From an uncultured Pseudomonadota bacterium (GTDB taxonomy: Bacteria; UBA10199; GCA-002796325; 1-14-0-20-49-13): a stretch of 64,000 nt of DNA. Shown piece by piece: positions 37,329 through 46,338 of the stretch; within the stretch, counting starts at the first letter, position 1, and each line of letters opens with the position of its first letter. The notes under the pieces were generated by a model. The model searched no databases. It saw only the letters and a program-made list of their open reading frames with translations, and was not told the DNA's origin. Location of the stretch: positions 34,695 through 98,694 of the forward strand of contig CAZYHS010000002.1 in NCBI GenBank assembly GCA_964647545.1, given 5' to 3'. The position numbers were made by a program, and so were the translations under genes.

Positions 37329-37667
37329 TTAGATCGCTTTTTGAACCGTCTTTGTCTTTTCGCGCATACGTTCGATGCGTGAGAGGAAAGAGCTCGCGCG
37401 GGCGATCGATGAGTTAATGCGGTTCTTTTCGTGAACGCATTTCACTTTTTTGCCCTCTTCAACAAGAGCTTTGCGCTTTTTGGAAGTGCGCTCTTCGTCC
37501 TTATCCAACTTTTCGAGGCGCGATTTCAAAACTTCCTTCGCGTGCTTTTTGAAGGCCGCTTCAAAGGCCTTTTGCCCCTCTTTTGAGGTGCGCTTTGTTT
37601 TGTTTTTCTTGAACTCCGGATTATCCTTAAGGAAATCGGCCCAAGTATATTTTTTGTTTAGTGACAT
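37329..37667 (-). CDS. Small (112 aa) highly basic Lys-rich hypothetical protein
   Basis: The ORF has a good RBS context and a Lys/Glu-rich helical sequence (KKNKTKRTSKEGQKAFEAAFKKHAKEVLK). It lies directly upstream, on the same strand, of tRNA-Ala. The family is unrecognised. Confidence 0.5.
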   Translation of the reverse strand: MSLNKKYTWADFLKDNPEFKKNKTKRTSKEGQKAFEAAFKKHAKEVLKSRLEKLDKDEERTSKKRKALVEEGKKVKCVHEKNRINSSIARASSFLSRIERMREKTKTVQKAI

Positions 37668-37690
37668 ATTTTCTCCAATCGAGTTACCGG

Positions 37691-37718
37691 CTAAAAACGC
37701 CGCTATCGGATAAGCGGC
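37691..37718 (-). terminator. Short hairpin plus U-run downstream of tRNA-Ala (minus strand)
   Basis: On the minus strand it reads gccgcttatccgatagcggc followed by gttttta, giving a 6-bp GC stem. Confidence 0.4.
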
Positions 37719-37733
37719 CTGTTACAGACTTTG

Positions 37734-37806
<73 letters not shown>

Positions 37807-37851
37807 TCTAAAATTTAAAGCTTCCGGCCGACGCCGCAAAGCCGGCACCTC

Positions 37852-38514
37852 TTATACGTTCCTGCCCAAAATATCAAGTGTTATCTGATCCAGCCGGCTG
37901 ACAATGTGGTCGGCCTTTGAGAGGTCTTGATTTGAGCCTGTCACGGGAGATTTCAGGGCGATAGCCAGACAGCCGGCAGCCTTTGCCGCCTCTATCCCCT
38001 TGGTTGCGTCTTCTATCACGGCGCAGCTGCTTGGAGGGGTAGAAAGGCCCTTTGCGGCCATTATAAAGGCATCTGGGGCCGGTTTGGGGTTGAGAACATC
38101 GTTTCCCGTGACGACCACGCTAAAAAAATCCTTTAATTTCAACTGGTTAATAACTTCATCAACATATTCTGGAACCCCGCTGGAGGCGACGGCACATTTA
38201 AAACCCCATTTTTTAATGTTTTCGACCAGTTCAAAGAGGCCCGGCATCGGTTCGACCCCTTTTTTCACAAGCTTCATAAAATATTTATCGCGGTGGCTGG
38301 TCAGTTCGGCGACATCGACCTTCATTTGAAAATGGTCGGCCAGAATTTCCATGATCTCTTTTATGCGCATGCCGTAGATCGACTGGCGGAGTTCTTCCGG
38401 AAGTTTCGGGGTCTTTATACCGAAATCCATCAGAGCCTGTTCGTATGCGGTGAAATGCAAAAAAGAGCTGTTAACAATCGTGTCGTCGAGGTCAAAAATT
38501 ATTGCTTCGATCAT
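37852..38514 (-). CDS. HAD-superfamily hydrolase, subfamily IA (beta-phosphoglucomutase/phosphatase-like)
   Basis: Motif I is IIFDLDDTIVNS. It has the characteristic cap-domain spacing and a C-terminal motif (GIEAAKAAG). Confidence 0.8.
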   Translation of the reverse strand: MIEAIIFDLDDTIVNSSFLHFTAYEQALMDFGIKTPKLPEELRQSIYGMRIKEIMEILADHFQMKVDVAELTSHRDKYFMKLVKKGVEPMPGLFELVENIKKWGFKCAVASSGVPEYVDEVINQLKLKDFFSVVVTGNDVLNPKPAPDAFIMAAKGLSTPPSSCAVIEDATKGIEAAKAAGCLAIALKSPVTGSNQDLSKADHIVSRLDQITLDILGRNV

Positions 38515-38596
38515 AATTAACCCGGTTTTGTCTGTTAGTTCTGTTAATTCCGTTATTTCAGTTCCAGCAGTGGATAACTGAACTGATCATTCGTTA
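38515..38596. repeat. Intergenic repeat element, copy 4 of the family, filling exactly the 82-bp gap between two minus-strand genes
   Basis: It reads ataattaacccggttttgtctgttagttctgttaattccgttatttcagttccagcagtggataactgaactgatcattcg. It shares ttccgttatttc and taactgaact with the other copies. Confidence 0.65.
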
Positions 38597-40279
38597 TTAT
38601 TTTTTGGAAAGTTCTGTTGTGACGATCGCGTTCACTTCGTCAGCTATGCGGTCGGTCTCTTTAATTGCCTGTTCTGCGCGGCTGCGGATTTTTGTGACCC
38701 ACTCGGAGTCGGAAATTCCACCCAGATTGATCAAAACGTTGTAGTAGGCGCCGTGAGCCGATGCGCGCCCCATGAGGGCCGCGACGCCGGCGTCGGAAAG
38801 TGAATTCTGGTTTCCGTTTTCTGCGGCGACTTTTGCGATGTCCAGCATTTTCGGGGTTGCTTCAAGAACTGAAAGTGGAACGAGCGTTGCGCCTTTGTTC
38901 GCTTCGCAAATCGCCGCGGCGCGCTTTGCCTTTTCTTCGTCGGTTGTTTTCGGCATGCCAAAGCAGGCCATGACCTTGTTGAAAGCATCGGTGTCGTCGT
39001 CGATTGCTTTTAGCATTGCCTCTTTTATCTTTTGCGCTTCGACGCCGATCTCCTGCATTTTGTTGTTGTGGGCTTCGTATCCTTTTTTGCCGTGAGTGAG
39101 AGCTGCGACCATCGAGGTGAGGGCGGCAGATAGCGAGCCGGCAAGGGCGGCTACCGAACCCCCTCCGGGGGCCGCCGAGTTGCGCGAAAGTTCGTTAGTG
39201 AAATCGGTGACCGTCATTCCTGTGAGCATAGGTTTTACCTCGAAGTGTTTTTCGATTATTTTTTTGTCGGCGTCGAACGGGGCCACGTCGTTTAAGCCTA
39301 AAGAGATTATAGCCGTTTTGATAATGTCCTCTTCGGGAATCCCCGCCGTCGTGTTTTGCTTCTGCAAATAGTGAAGTCCGCATTCGATGAGCGAACGCTT
39401 TGGGACAAGCCCGACGATCTCCGAGCCGGTCACTCGCACGCCGTACTTTTCGCCCTCTTTAATGGCGGCGTCAAAGACTTGTTGCATCGATGTTACGTGG
39501 TAGTTCGTCAGGTTGATCGTTATCTGCGCGCGGAAATATTCGGGAATGTACCAGCCGGTAGCCTTGCATTCTTTGAATAGGCCGGGGACGTAAACCGTTT
39601 CGCCGTTCGCATCGACGACTTTTTCGCCGCTTGCGTCGCGCTTGATGCGGCCGCGTTCACGCAGCGCGAATGCAATGTCCTTTGCGATCTTCGTGCTCGT
39701 CGTGTTCAGATTGATGTTGTAGGCTATCAGAAAATTTCGTGCGCCGATGACCGTCGCGCCCGATTTTGCGATCGACTCGCTCCATTTTTCGGGGCCGAAG
39801 TCGGGCCTGAATTTGCCTGATTCGAGCTTTGTTTTTAGCGCTTCGTATTCGCCGCTTCTGATGTCGGCGAGATTTCTGCGTTCGGGGGTCTGCGCTGCGA
39901 ATTCGTAGAGATAGACCGGAATGCCGAGTTCGCTTCCGACTCTTTTGGCCAGTATTTTGGAGAGCTCGACGCATTCGTCCATTGTGACGTTTGCTACCGG
40001 AACGAACGGGCAGACGTCTGTCGCCCCTTGTCTTGCGTGTTCGCCGCTGTGATGCCGCATGTCGATGACTTCCTGAGCTTTTTTAATGCCTAAAAATGCG
40101 GCTTCAAGAACGGCGTCAGGTTCGCCGGCGAACGTAACTACTGTGCGGTTTGTTGCGGCCCCCGGATCGACATCGAGGACTCTCACGCCGGCCATTCGCG
40201 CGATTTCGCTTGTGATCTGGTCGATCTTTGCCTTGTCGCGGCCTTCGCTAAAATTTGGTACGCACTCGACAATTTTCAT
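38597..40279 (-). CDS. ftcD: Bifunctional glutamate formimidoyltransferase / formimidoyltetrahydrofolate cyclodeaminase (FTCD-like)
   Basis: The N-terminal formiminotransferase motif is KIVECVPNFSEGRD. At 560 aa it is comparable to animal FTCD (formiminotransferase plus a C-terminal helical cyclodeaminase domain). Confidence 0.8.
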   Translation of the reverse strand: MKIVECVPNFSEGRDKAKIDQITSEIARMAGVRVLDVDPGAATNRTVVTFAGEPDAVLEAAFLGIKKAQEVIDMRHHSGEHARQGATDVCPFVPVANVTMDECVELSKILAKRVGSELGIPVYLYEFAAQTPERRNLADIRSGEYEALKTKLESGKFRPDFGPEKWSESIAKSGATVIGARNFLIAYNINLNTTSTKIAKDIAFALRERGRIKRDASGEKVVDANGETVYVPGLFKECKATGWYIPEYFRAQITINLTNYHVTSMQQVFDAAIKEGEKYGVRVTGSEIVGLVPKRSLIECGLHYLQKQNTTAGIPEEDIIKTAIISLGLNDVAPFDADKKIIEKHFEVKPMLTGMTVTDFTNELSRNSAAPGGGSVAALAGSLSAALTSMVAALTHGKKGYEAHNNKMQEIGVEAQKIKEAMLKAIDDDTDAFNKVMACFGMPKTTDEEKAKRAAAICEANKGATLVPLSVLEATPKMLDIAKVAAENGNQNSLSDAGVAALMGRASAHGAYYNVLINLGGISDSEWVTKIRSRAEQAIKETDRIADEVNAIVTTELSKK

Positions 40280-40317
40280 AGTTTATCCTGAAAATCTGTT
40301 TTAATTTCGCGCATCTT

Positions 40318-41493
40318 ATGGCAACAAAAGCCCGATTTCGCAACGAGATTTTAGATATGAAAAAACGCTCGATAAAAGACATTCCGCTGGATGAATTGCC
40401 TAAACTTGCCGAGGAGCTCGGCCAGAAAAAATTCGTGGCTGCGCAGCTTGTCGATTGGCTCTATAAAAAATGTGTGAGCTCGTTTGACGAAATGACGAGC
40501 TTGTCGAAACCTCTGCGTCAGCAGTTGAATCAGAAATTTTACGTGAGCCGATTGAAACTGGCAAAGAAACAAATTTCAAGCGACGGCACGCAAAAATATG
40601 CATGGAAGCTTTCGGACGGCAACGTGGTCGAGAGCGTTTTAATTCCGAGCGAAGAATATACCAAAGCCAGCAAATACGAAAAAGAGAAGGTGCCGCGGGA
40701 TGAGTGGCGCAAGCGTCTGACCTTGTGCGTTTCGACGCAGGTCGGCTGCGCGATGGGTTGCCAATTTTGCCGCACCGCCGACTTGGGGTTTATCAGAAAT
40801 CTTATGCAAAGCGAGATCATCGACCAGATAATCGATTCGCAGCGCGAATTTAACGGCTCCGATAAGATCACCCACTCGTCGGCGCGTATTTCTAACGTCG
40901 TGCTGATGGGAATGGGCGAGCCGCTGGCCAATTATGACAACGTGATGAGCGCCGTGAAAATCATGCTAAATTCGAAGGCGTTCAATTTGTCGAAGCGGCA
41001 TTTGACACTTTCTACTTCAGGACTTGTTGACGGAATCGAACGCATGGCCAAAGACGATCTTGGAATTAAACTTGCTCTGTCGCTGAATGCCACGACCGAC
41101 GAGCTGCGCGGTAAGATCATGCCTGTGAATAAAAAATATCCGCTGGCGAAGGTCTTTGAAGCTCTTAAAAAATTCGCATTCGAAACAGACGCCTACCGGA
41201 TAACTTTTGAATATGTGCTGCTGGCCGATCTTAACGACGGCGTTGAAGATGCAAAACGCCTTGTGCGTTTGATTTCCAATGTGCCGGCGAAGGTGAATTT
41301 AATTCCATTCAACGGGTTTGAAGACGCAGAATTTAAATCGCCTGACGAGGCGACTGTCGAGAGGTTCGCGCAATATCTTCGCAACAAGAACATTCAGGTT
41401 AATATTCGCGCCAGCCGCGGGCAGGACATCCTTGCCGCCTGCGGCCAGCTTGCGGCCAAGAATAACACACGACAGATGAAACAGCCTTCTTGA
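40318..41493 (+). CDS. rlmN: Dual-specificity 23S rRNA/tRNA adenine-C2 methyltransferase RlmN (radical SAM)
   Basis: The radical-SAM cluster motif is CVSTQVGCAMGCQFCRT. The second conserved Cys region and an RlmN-type N-terminal domain are present. An alternative start MKKRSIK lies at 40357. Confidence 0.85.
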   Translation: MATKARFRNEILDMKKRSIKDIPLDELPKLAEELGQKKFVAAQLVDWLYKKCVSSFDEMTSLSKPLRQQLNQKFYVSRLKLAKKQISSDGTQKYAWKLSDGNVVESVLIPSEEYTKASKYEKEKVPRDEWRKRLTLCVSTQVGCAMGCQFCRTADLGFIRNLMQSEIIDQIIDSQREFNGSDKITHSSARISNVVLMGMGEPLANYDNVMSAVKIMLNSKAFNLSKRHLTLSTSGLVDGIERMAKDDLGIKLALSLNATTDELRGKIMPVNKKYPLAKVFEALKKFAFETDAYRITFEYVLLADLNDGVEDAKRLVRLISNVPAKVNLIPFNGFEDAEFKSPDEATVERFAQYLRNKNIQVNIRASRGQDILAACGQLAAKNNTRQMKQPS

Positions 41494-41565
41494 TTTATTA
41501 TATTTTTAGTTTAATATCTTCGTACTCAATTTTGTAATACCGAACAATTGGAAGGGGAAACATCA

Positions 41566-43650
41566 ATGAAAAAGCTTTATTCTAAAGTAACGTCGCTGCT
41601 GGTTTTGGCAATGCTTGCCGTAGGGTGCGGCGGAGGAGGTTCGTCCACAATAACGGTCACTCTTGCCCCTGCCGATGGTGCTAAAAACCAAACGGCAAGT
41701 GTTAGCGTCAAGGCAACTTTTAGCGCTGCCGTAACGGCTCCAACGGCAGGGTGGGAAAGTGTTTTTACAGTTAAGAAGGCCGGCGGGGTAAATGAATGTA
41801 ATGCATACGAATTGGATCAGACTTCAACTATTCTAACCTGCTTGCACGATGATTTTGAAGGCGAGACAGAGTACACCTCATCCATGCTTGCATTTTCGAA
41901 CGTAATTGCAGCGTCTGCCAAATTCACCACTGCCGGCACGGATTCATATTCGATCGGCGGAGTTCTGACGGGGCTTGCCAGCTCTCGCAATGTTGTTCTG
42001 CAAAACAATGGCGGTGACAATCTTACGCTTACGGCAAATGGTAATTTTACATTCGGTACAGAGTTAAACAACGGGGATGCCTATGCAGTTACCGTAAAAA
42101 CAGCTCCTACAGGACAAGCCTGTAAGGTGACCAACGGAACCGGCACGGTCAATACGGCCAATGTTACAAATATTGCGGTGGCTTGCGAGAGCAGATGGCT
42201 TTCCGGAAATTTTAACATGATTTATTCCCCTGCTCTTGTCGCAGATTTTAAAGTGACATTAAGTGACAACGGTGTAGGAATTGCTTCGGGTAAAACGGCC
42301 TCAAATTATAATATTTCGATCGCTTATACATCGGGATACGCAACTTGCGCAGGTTCAATCACTGCCGAAAATACAAATATCAAATGTGGCGGATGTTCGA
42401 TCGCGCCAAATGGAGACACAGTTAGTTTCACGGCCTGTCCGATTCCAGATACCGGTTCAACCAATATTACTTTCAGCAAATTGCCGATCGGTGACGGTTC
42501 GCTTACCGGCACTTACGCCCTTGGGGATTCGCTTTATACAATGCAAGAGAATGCGAACGAGGGGTTGTCGGCTAGCGACCCTGCCCAAGTGACAATTTAC
42601 TATTCAAAAGGATATGCAGCTTGCAATGCCATAGTTTCAGGGGAGGATCCGGAAGCCTGCTCGGCCTGCGCTATTTTGGAAGGCGGCAACAGACTTAATC
42701 TTACTTGCCCCGGCGTTGGGGAGATATCTTTAATTAAAGTGGCTACCGTGGCCTTTACTCCGCTTAACGGTACTAGCGGCGTCGAAACAGACACTTTGAT
42801 TAAGGCCACGTTCAGCAAAGCCGTATCTGCCCCTGAAGGCGGATGGGATACAGTTTTTACAGTTAAAAATGCGGCGGGGACGGGCACAAATGTGTGCACT
42901 GGATATGCTTTTAATGGCCCCCAGACAGAGGTGACATGCCTTCATGAGGCTTTAGCGGAAGGTGCGGTCTATAAGGCCGATATCTCTGATTTAGATGGGG
43001 TTTTGGATGGTTCCGCAGAATTTACTCCTCTTACGGCAAGCATTACTTCCAAAGATTCTCCTGTCAGTACAACAGCTGGTAATACGGTCACGGTTTCCGT
43101 TCAGTTTAGCAGAGTTCCGGAGATTGAGCCGACAGTTACCGTGGCTGGAGGAACGGCTGAAGCCGGTGCTTGTGCTTCCTCGGGGCTCGATCATAATTAT
43201 GAGTGCGAGATTAACAGCGTTGCCGGTTGCTCGACCAATGTAAACTATTCGGTTGGGATAAAGCTGAGCACTATTAGCATGAATGGTTTTGCGTTCAACT
43301 CTCTAGACGATGAATTTCAATGGGGTAACGACATTCTAACCGATATGATAGCTGCCGACGCTTCCAAATGCTGGGATAAACAGGAGACATCGGGGGACAT
43401 CGAAACAGTTTATAACATGGATACAGAGGGGATCAATTTCATAGTGTCCAATGGTGGTGGGCCATACGTTGAGCTGGCTAAGTCTTTTACATTTGAGTCC
43501 GATGACAACCTTGCGGTTTCGGCAAAGATAATGCCGGCCATCCAAGTGCCTTCGACAGATGGTTCCGAGTCCAAACTATTCTTTGCGGACCCAACCCAAG
43601 AGGCCAGAATAGGGTTTCAGGGGGGGGCAATATCCGGCGTTTGGGTTTGA
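41566..43650 (+). CDS. Large repetitive lipoprotein (Ser/Thr/Gly/Asn-rich, internal ~350-aa duplications). Its reading frame is interrupted at a G8 tract.
   Basis: The start MKKLYSKV has an RBS ggaagggg and the lipobox is LAVGC. The segment SAAVTAPTAGWESVFTVKKAGGVNECNAYELDQTSTILTCLHD is repeated as SKAVSAPEGGWDTVFTVKNAAGTGTNVCTGYAFNGPQTEVTCLHEA. The stop at 43648-43650 lies 21 nt after the poly-G run at 43620-43627. Confidence 0.75.
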   Translation: MKKLYSKVTSLLVLAMLAVGCGGGGSSTITVTLAPADGAKNQTASVSVKATFSAAVTAPTAGWESVFTVKKAGGVNECNAYELDQTSTILTCLHDDFEGETEYTSSMLAFSNVIAASAKFTTAGTDSYSIGGVLTGLASSRNVVLQNNGGDNLTLTANGNFTFGTELNNGDAYAVTVKTAPTGQACKVTNGTGTVNTANVTNIAVACESRWLSGNFNMIYSPALVADFKVTLSDNGVGIASGKTASNYNISIAYTSGYATCAGSITAENTNIKCGGCSIAPNGDTVSFTACPIPDTGSTNITFSKLPIGDGSLTGTYALGDSLYTMQENANEGLSASDPAQVTIYYSKGYAACNAIVSGEDPEACSACAILEGGNRLNLTCPGVGEISLIKVATVAFTPLNGTSGVETDTLIKATFSKAVSAPEGGWDTVFTVKNAAGTGTNVCTGYAFNGPQTEVTCLHEALAEGAVYKADISDLDGVLDGSAEFTPLTASITSKDSPVSTTAGNTVTVSVQFSRVPEIEPTVTVAGGTAEAGACASSGLDHNYECEINSVAGCSTNVNYSVGIKLSTISMNGFAFNSLDDEFQWGNDILTDMIAADASKCWDKQETSGDIETVYNMDTEGINFIVSNGGGPYVELAKSFTFESDDNLAVSAKIMPAIQVPSTDGSESKLFFADPTQEARIGFQGGAISGVWV
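43620..43627 (+). repeat. G8 homopolymer tract at the junction of two co-directional ORFs. It is a candidate slipped-strand phase-variation site, or a frameshift error.
   Basis: It reads cag-ggggggg-caa. Removing one G puts 41566-43650 in frame with 43658-44107, and the alternative frame is open from 43613. Confidence 0.6.
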
Positions 43651-43657
43651 CTATCTT

Positions 43658-44107
43658 ATGTTATTGCGGGGAGAGGTGTTTGAGCTGCCGGATACTTGGA
43701 CTGGAATTAACGCTGCTGCAAAGGCTGATGGCGCTTTTGGTTCAATGTCATATGATCAGTCTTATTACGCGTGCGTGGTCCACTTTAACGGAAGCGTTAC
43801 GTCATATTTGAGTCTTGATGGTTCGACTTGGATACAGACGGGGAGTTCAAATATGGAGTGCAATCTAGCAATGCCTGACCATTGCACTAATTTGTCTGAT
43901 TTAACGAATTATGACACGACCCGATGGAATTCGTTGATAACCCAGATACATGCTAGTGCGACATTCGGTGAAGGGTCAGAAGCTGCAAATTTTACGCAAG
44001 CCTTTGGGTATATGAGATTTAATACAGATTCCGAAGCGGTTGACGGCACATCTGCGAGCTGCCCATCGCTTGATATAGGGACTCCGCATAATGACGAGCC
44101 AAAGTGA
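43658..44107 (+). CDS. Probable C-terminal continuation (149 aa) of the upstream lipoprotein, separated by a -1 frameshift at the G8 tract
   Basis: It has the same S/T/G/N-rich composition and no RBS of its own. The frame is open upstream to 43613, inside the preceding gene. It is followed by a strong terminator. Confidence 0.55.
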   Translation: MLLRGEVFELPDTWTGINAAAKADGAFGSMSYDQSYYACVVHFNGSVTSYLSLDGSTWIQTGSSNMECNLAMPDHCTNLSDLTNYDTTRWNSLITQIHASATFGEGSEAANFTQAFGYMRFNTDSEAVDGTSASCPSLDIGTPHNDEPK

Positions 44108-44127
44108 TTTTTTTCAAGATAATAAAA

Positions 44128-44156
44128 AGCCCCGAGCAAAAACTCGGGGCTTTTTC
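44128..44156 (+). terminator. Rho-independent terminator
   Basis: It reads aaaaAGCCCCGAG-caaaaa-CTCGGGGCTtttttcatttt. Confidence 0.75.
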
Positions 44157-44248
44157 ATTTTAAGCTAGTTTTTCCGCCGCTTGCAAATGCGCCCGATTAG
44201 TGATAGCGCCGGTTTGAATCAATAAATCAAATTAACGGAGAGGTAATT

Positions 44249-45112
44249 ATGGCGGAGAGACTTGTCGGTATTATCGGCGGTAGCGGTTTGTATGGGATGG
44301 AAGGGTTTAAAATTATTGAAGAAAGACGCGTTTCTACCCCGTTTGGCGAGCCGAGCGATGCGGTTATCATAGGCGAGCTTTCGGGGCGTAGGGTAGCTTT
44401 CATGCCGCGTCACGGTCGAGGACATCTTATCAATCCCAGTAAGATCAATTATCGCGCCAATATTTTTGCAATGAAATCTGTTGGGGTCGAGTGGCTAATT
44501 TCTGTCAGCGCCGTCGGCTCTTTGCGCGAGGAGATCGTCCCCGGGCACCTTGTGATTGTTGACCAGTTCATCGACAAGACCAACGGACGCACTCAGTCGT
44601 TTTACGATGACGGCGTCGTGGTGCACGTTGCATTTGCCGACCCAGTCTGTAAAGAGCTTGCCGGCATGCTCTATGAGTCCGCTAAAAAACTTGGAGTGAC
44701 CGTTCATAACGGCGGCGCTTATGTTTGCATGGAAGGTCCCGCGTTTTCAACCCGCGCCGAATCTCACATGCATCGCGCGTGGGGTGCAAATGTCGTCGGT
44801 ATGACGAACATGCCCGAGGCTAAGCTCGCACGAGAGGCCGAAATTTGCTACTCGACGATCGCTTTAGCGACCGATTACGACTGCTGGCGCGCCGGCGAAC
44901 ATGTCTCTGCCGACATGGTGGTTGCGACAGTTAAAAAGAATATCGCAAACGCGCAGCGTGTGTTGCGCGATGTGATCCCAAACATATCGGCCGACCGCAA
45001 ATGTGCTTGCGCACACGCTCTTCAAGGTGCAGTTCAGTCAGACGTTTCAAAGGTTACGCCTAAGACCCGCGAGAAATACGCCGTGTTGCTCGGCAGCGTG
45101 CTTGGGAAATAG
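44249..45112 (+). CDS. mtnP: S-methyl-5'-thioadenosine phosphorylase
   Basis: It has the PNP/MTAP family N-terminus RLVGIIGGSGLY. The motifs NMPEAKLAREAEICY and ALATDYDCW are present. Confidence 0.88.
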   Translation: MAERLVGIIGGSGLYGMEGFKIIEERRVSTPFGEPSDAVIIGELSGRRVAFMPRHGRGHLINPSKINYRANIFAMKSVGVEWLISVSAVGSLREEIVPGHLVIVDQFIDKTNGRTQSFYDDGVVVHVAFADPVCKELAGMLYESAKKLGVTVHNGGAYVCMEGPAFSTRAESHMHRAWGANVVGMTNMPEAKLAREAEICYSTIALATDYDCWRAGEHVSADMVVATVKKNIANAQRVLRDVIPNISADRKCACAHALQGAVQSDVSKVTPKTREKYAVLLGSVLGK

Positions 45113-45119
45113 GTGAAAT

Positions 45120-45617
45120 ATGCATGTTGGCGAATATTTAAAAAGCGAGCGCGAAAAAAGAGGGATTTCTCTTGAAGAGGTCGCTCGCATTACAAAAGTC
45201 ACCATCAGATATCTGCAGACCATCGAGGCCGGCAGTGTCGAGGGACTTCCCAGTACGATCTTTGTGCGCGGGTTCGTGAAAGACTACGCAAAAACGATAG
45301 GTCTTGACGGCGACGATATCGTAAAAAGATTTGATGCCGAAAAGAAGATCGTTCGCTCAAATCACGTTGCATATCACTCGCCGCTAGGGCTCGATGAACA
45401 GCGTGTGGCCGCAAGCGCTGCGAATGCCGCAAAAGACGCGGTGACGCCCCAACGCGGTGTAAAGCGAAGTGTTGTGTGCGTTTCAACCGCCCGCAAGAAG
45501 CGCGAATATTTTTCAAAGGCAAAGGCTCTCTTGAAAAGGCATGTTACAGGGCGCGTCGTTTTTTTCATAATCGCGTCGATTGTCGTCGGACTTGCGGCCT
45601 TTTGTTCGGCCCGCTGA
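45120..45617 (+). CDS. RodZ-like helix-turn-helix (XRE) protein with a C-terminal tail-anchor TM and no periplasmic domain
   Basis: The HTH is GEYLKSEREKRGISLEEVARITKVTIRYLQTIE. The RodZ-type signature STIFVRGFVKDYAKTIGLD is present. There is a single TM at the extreme C-terminus (VVFFIIASIVVGLAAF). Confidence 0.65.
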   Translation: MHVGEYLKSEREKRGISLEEVARITKVTIRYLQTIEAGSVEGLPSTIFVRGFVKDYAKTIGLDGDDIVKRFDAEKKIVRSNHVAYHSPLGLDEQRVAASAANAAKDAVTPQRGVKRSVVCVSTARKKREYFSKAKALLKRHVTGRVVFFIIASIVVGLAAFCSAR

Positions 45618-45621
45618 AAAC

Positions 45622-46338
45622 ATGGAATACAAAAGCCCATCGATAATTTTAAGGACGATCGATTTCGGTGAGGCCGACCGTCTGGTGACTTTCTTTACGT
45701 CTGAACACGGAAAACAGAAGGGGGTCGCAAAGAACGCCAAGAAATCGGCAAGACGTTTTGGCGGAGGACTGGAGCCCGGTTCTGTGGTGATGGCCCGCTA
45801 TGTCGATAGATCGGGGGCCGAGATCGTAAGGTTCGAAGATGTCGTTGTCGAATTCCCCGTCTGGCGCATTGCGACGTCGTTGCCTAAAATAGCGATGCTC
45901 GGAGTTTCTCTCGAACTGGCCGACAAAATGCTGCCGGCCGGGCTTGTTTCGAAAGGGCGATTCGAGCTTTTGGTGAGATGGATAAGATTTCTGGCGGAAG
46001 AGGAGCCTCGCGAGGCTCATCTTCACGCCTTTTTTTGCAGATGGCTTTCGGCCTCGGGGTTAAATCCGGTTTTCGACAAGTGCGCTTCATGTAGTGCGCC
46101 GGACGCCGCCTCGTGGTTCATTTCCATTCAACATGGCGGCTTGATATGCGACGGTTGCGTCGGTTCTAACGCCGAGTTCAAAGTCGATGCGGCTACAAAA
46201 GCTTATCTCACGTCGCTTTCCTCGGGGACCTTGCCGCAAGCCGGCAGTAAAACGGCCGGCGATATTTTTGAGGCGATCGTAACGCATGCCGCCGCGTCAA
46301 AGCTTAGGTCGCTTGATGTTTTACACGAACTAAAATGA
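45622..46338 (+). CDS. recO: DNA repair protein RecO
   Basis: The N-terminal OB-fold reads SPSIILRTIDFGEADRLVTFFTSEHGK. The C-terminal zinc motif is CASCSAPD ... CDGC. The start is MEYKSP at 45622. Confidence 0.85.
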   Translation: MEYKSPSIILRTIDFGEADRLVTFFTSEHGKQKGVAKNAKKSARRFGGGLEPGSVVMARYVDRSGAEIVRFEDVVVEFPVWRIATSLPKIAMLGVSLELADKMLPAGLVSKGRFELLVRWIRFLAEEEPREAHLHAFFCRWLSASGLNPVFDKCASCSAPDAASWFISIQHGGLICDGCVGSNAEFKVDAATKAYLTSLSSGTLPQAGSKTAGDIFEAIVTHAAASKLRSLDVLHELK

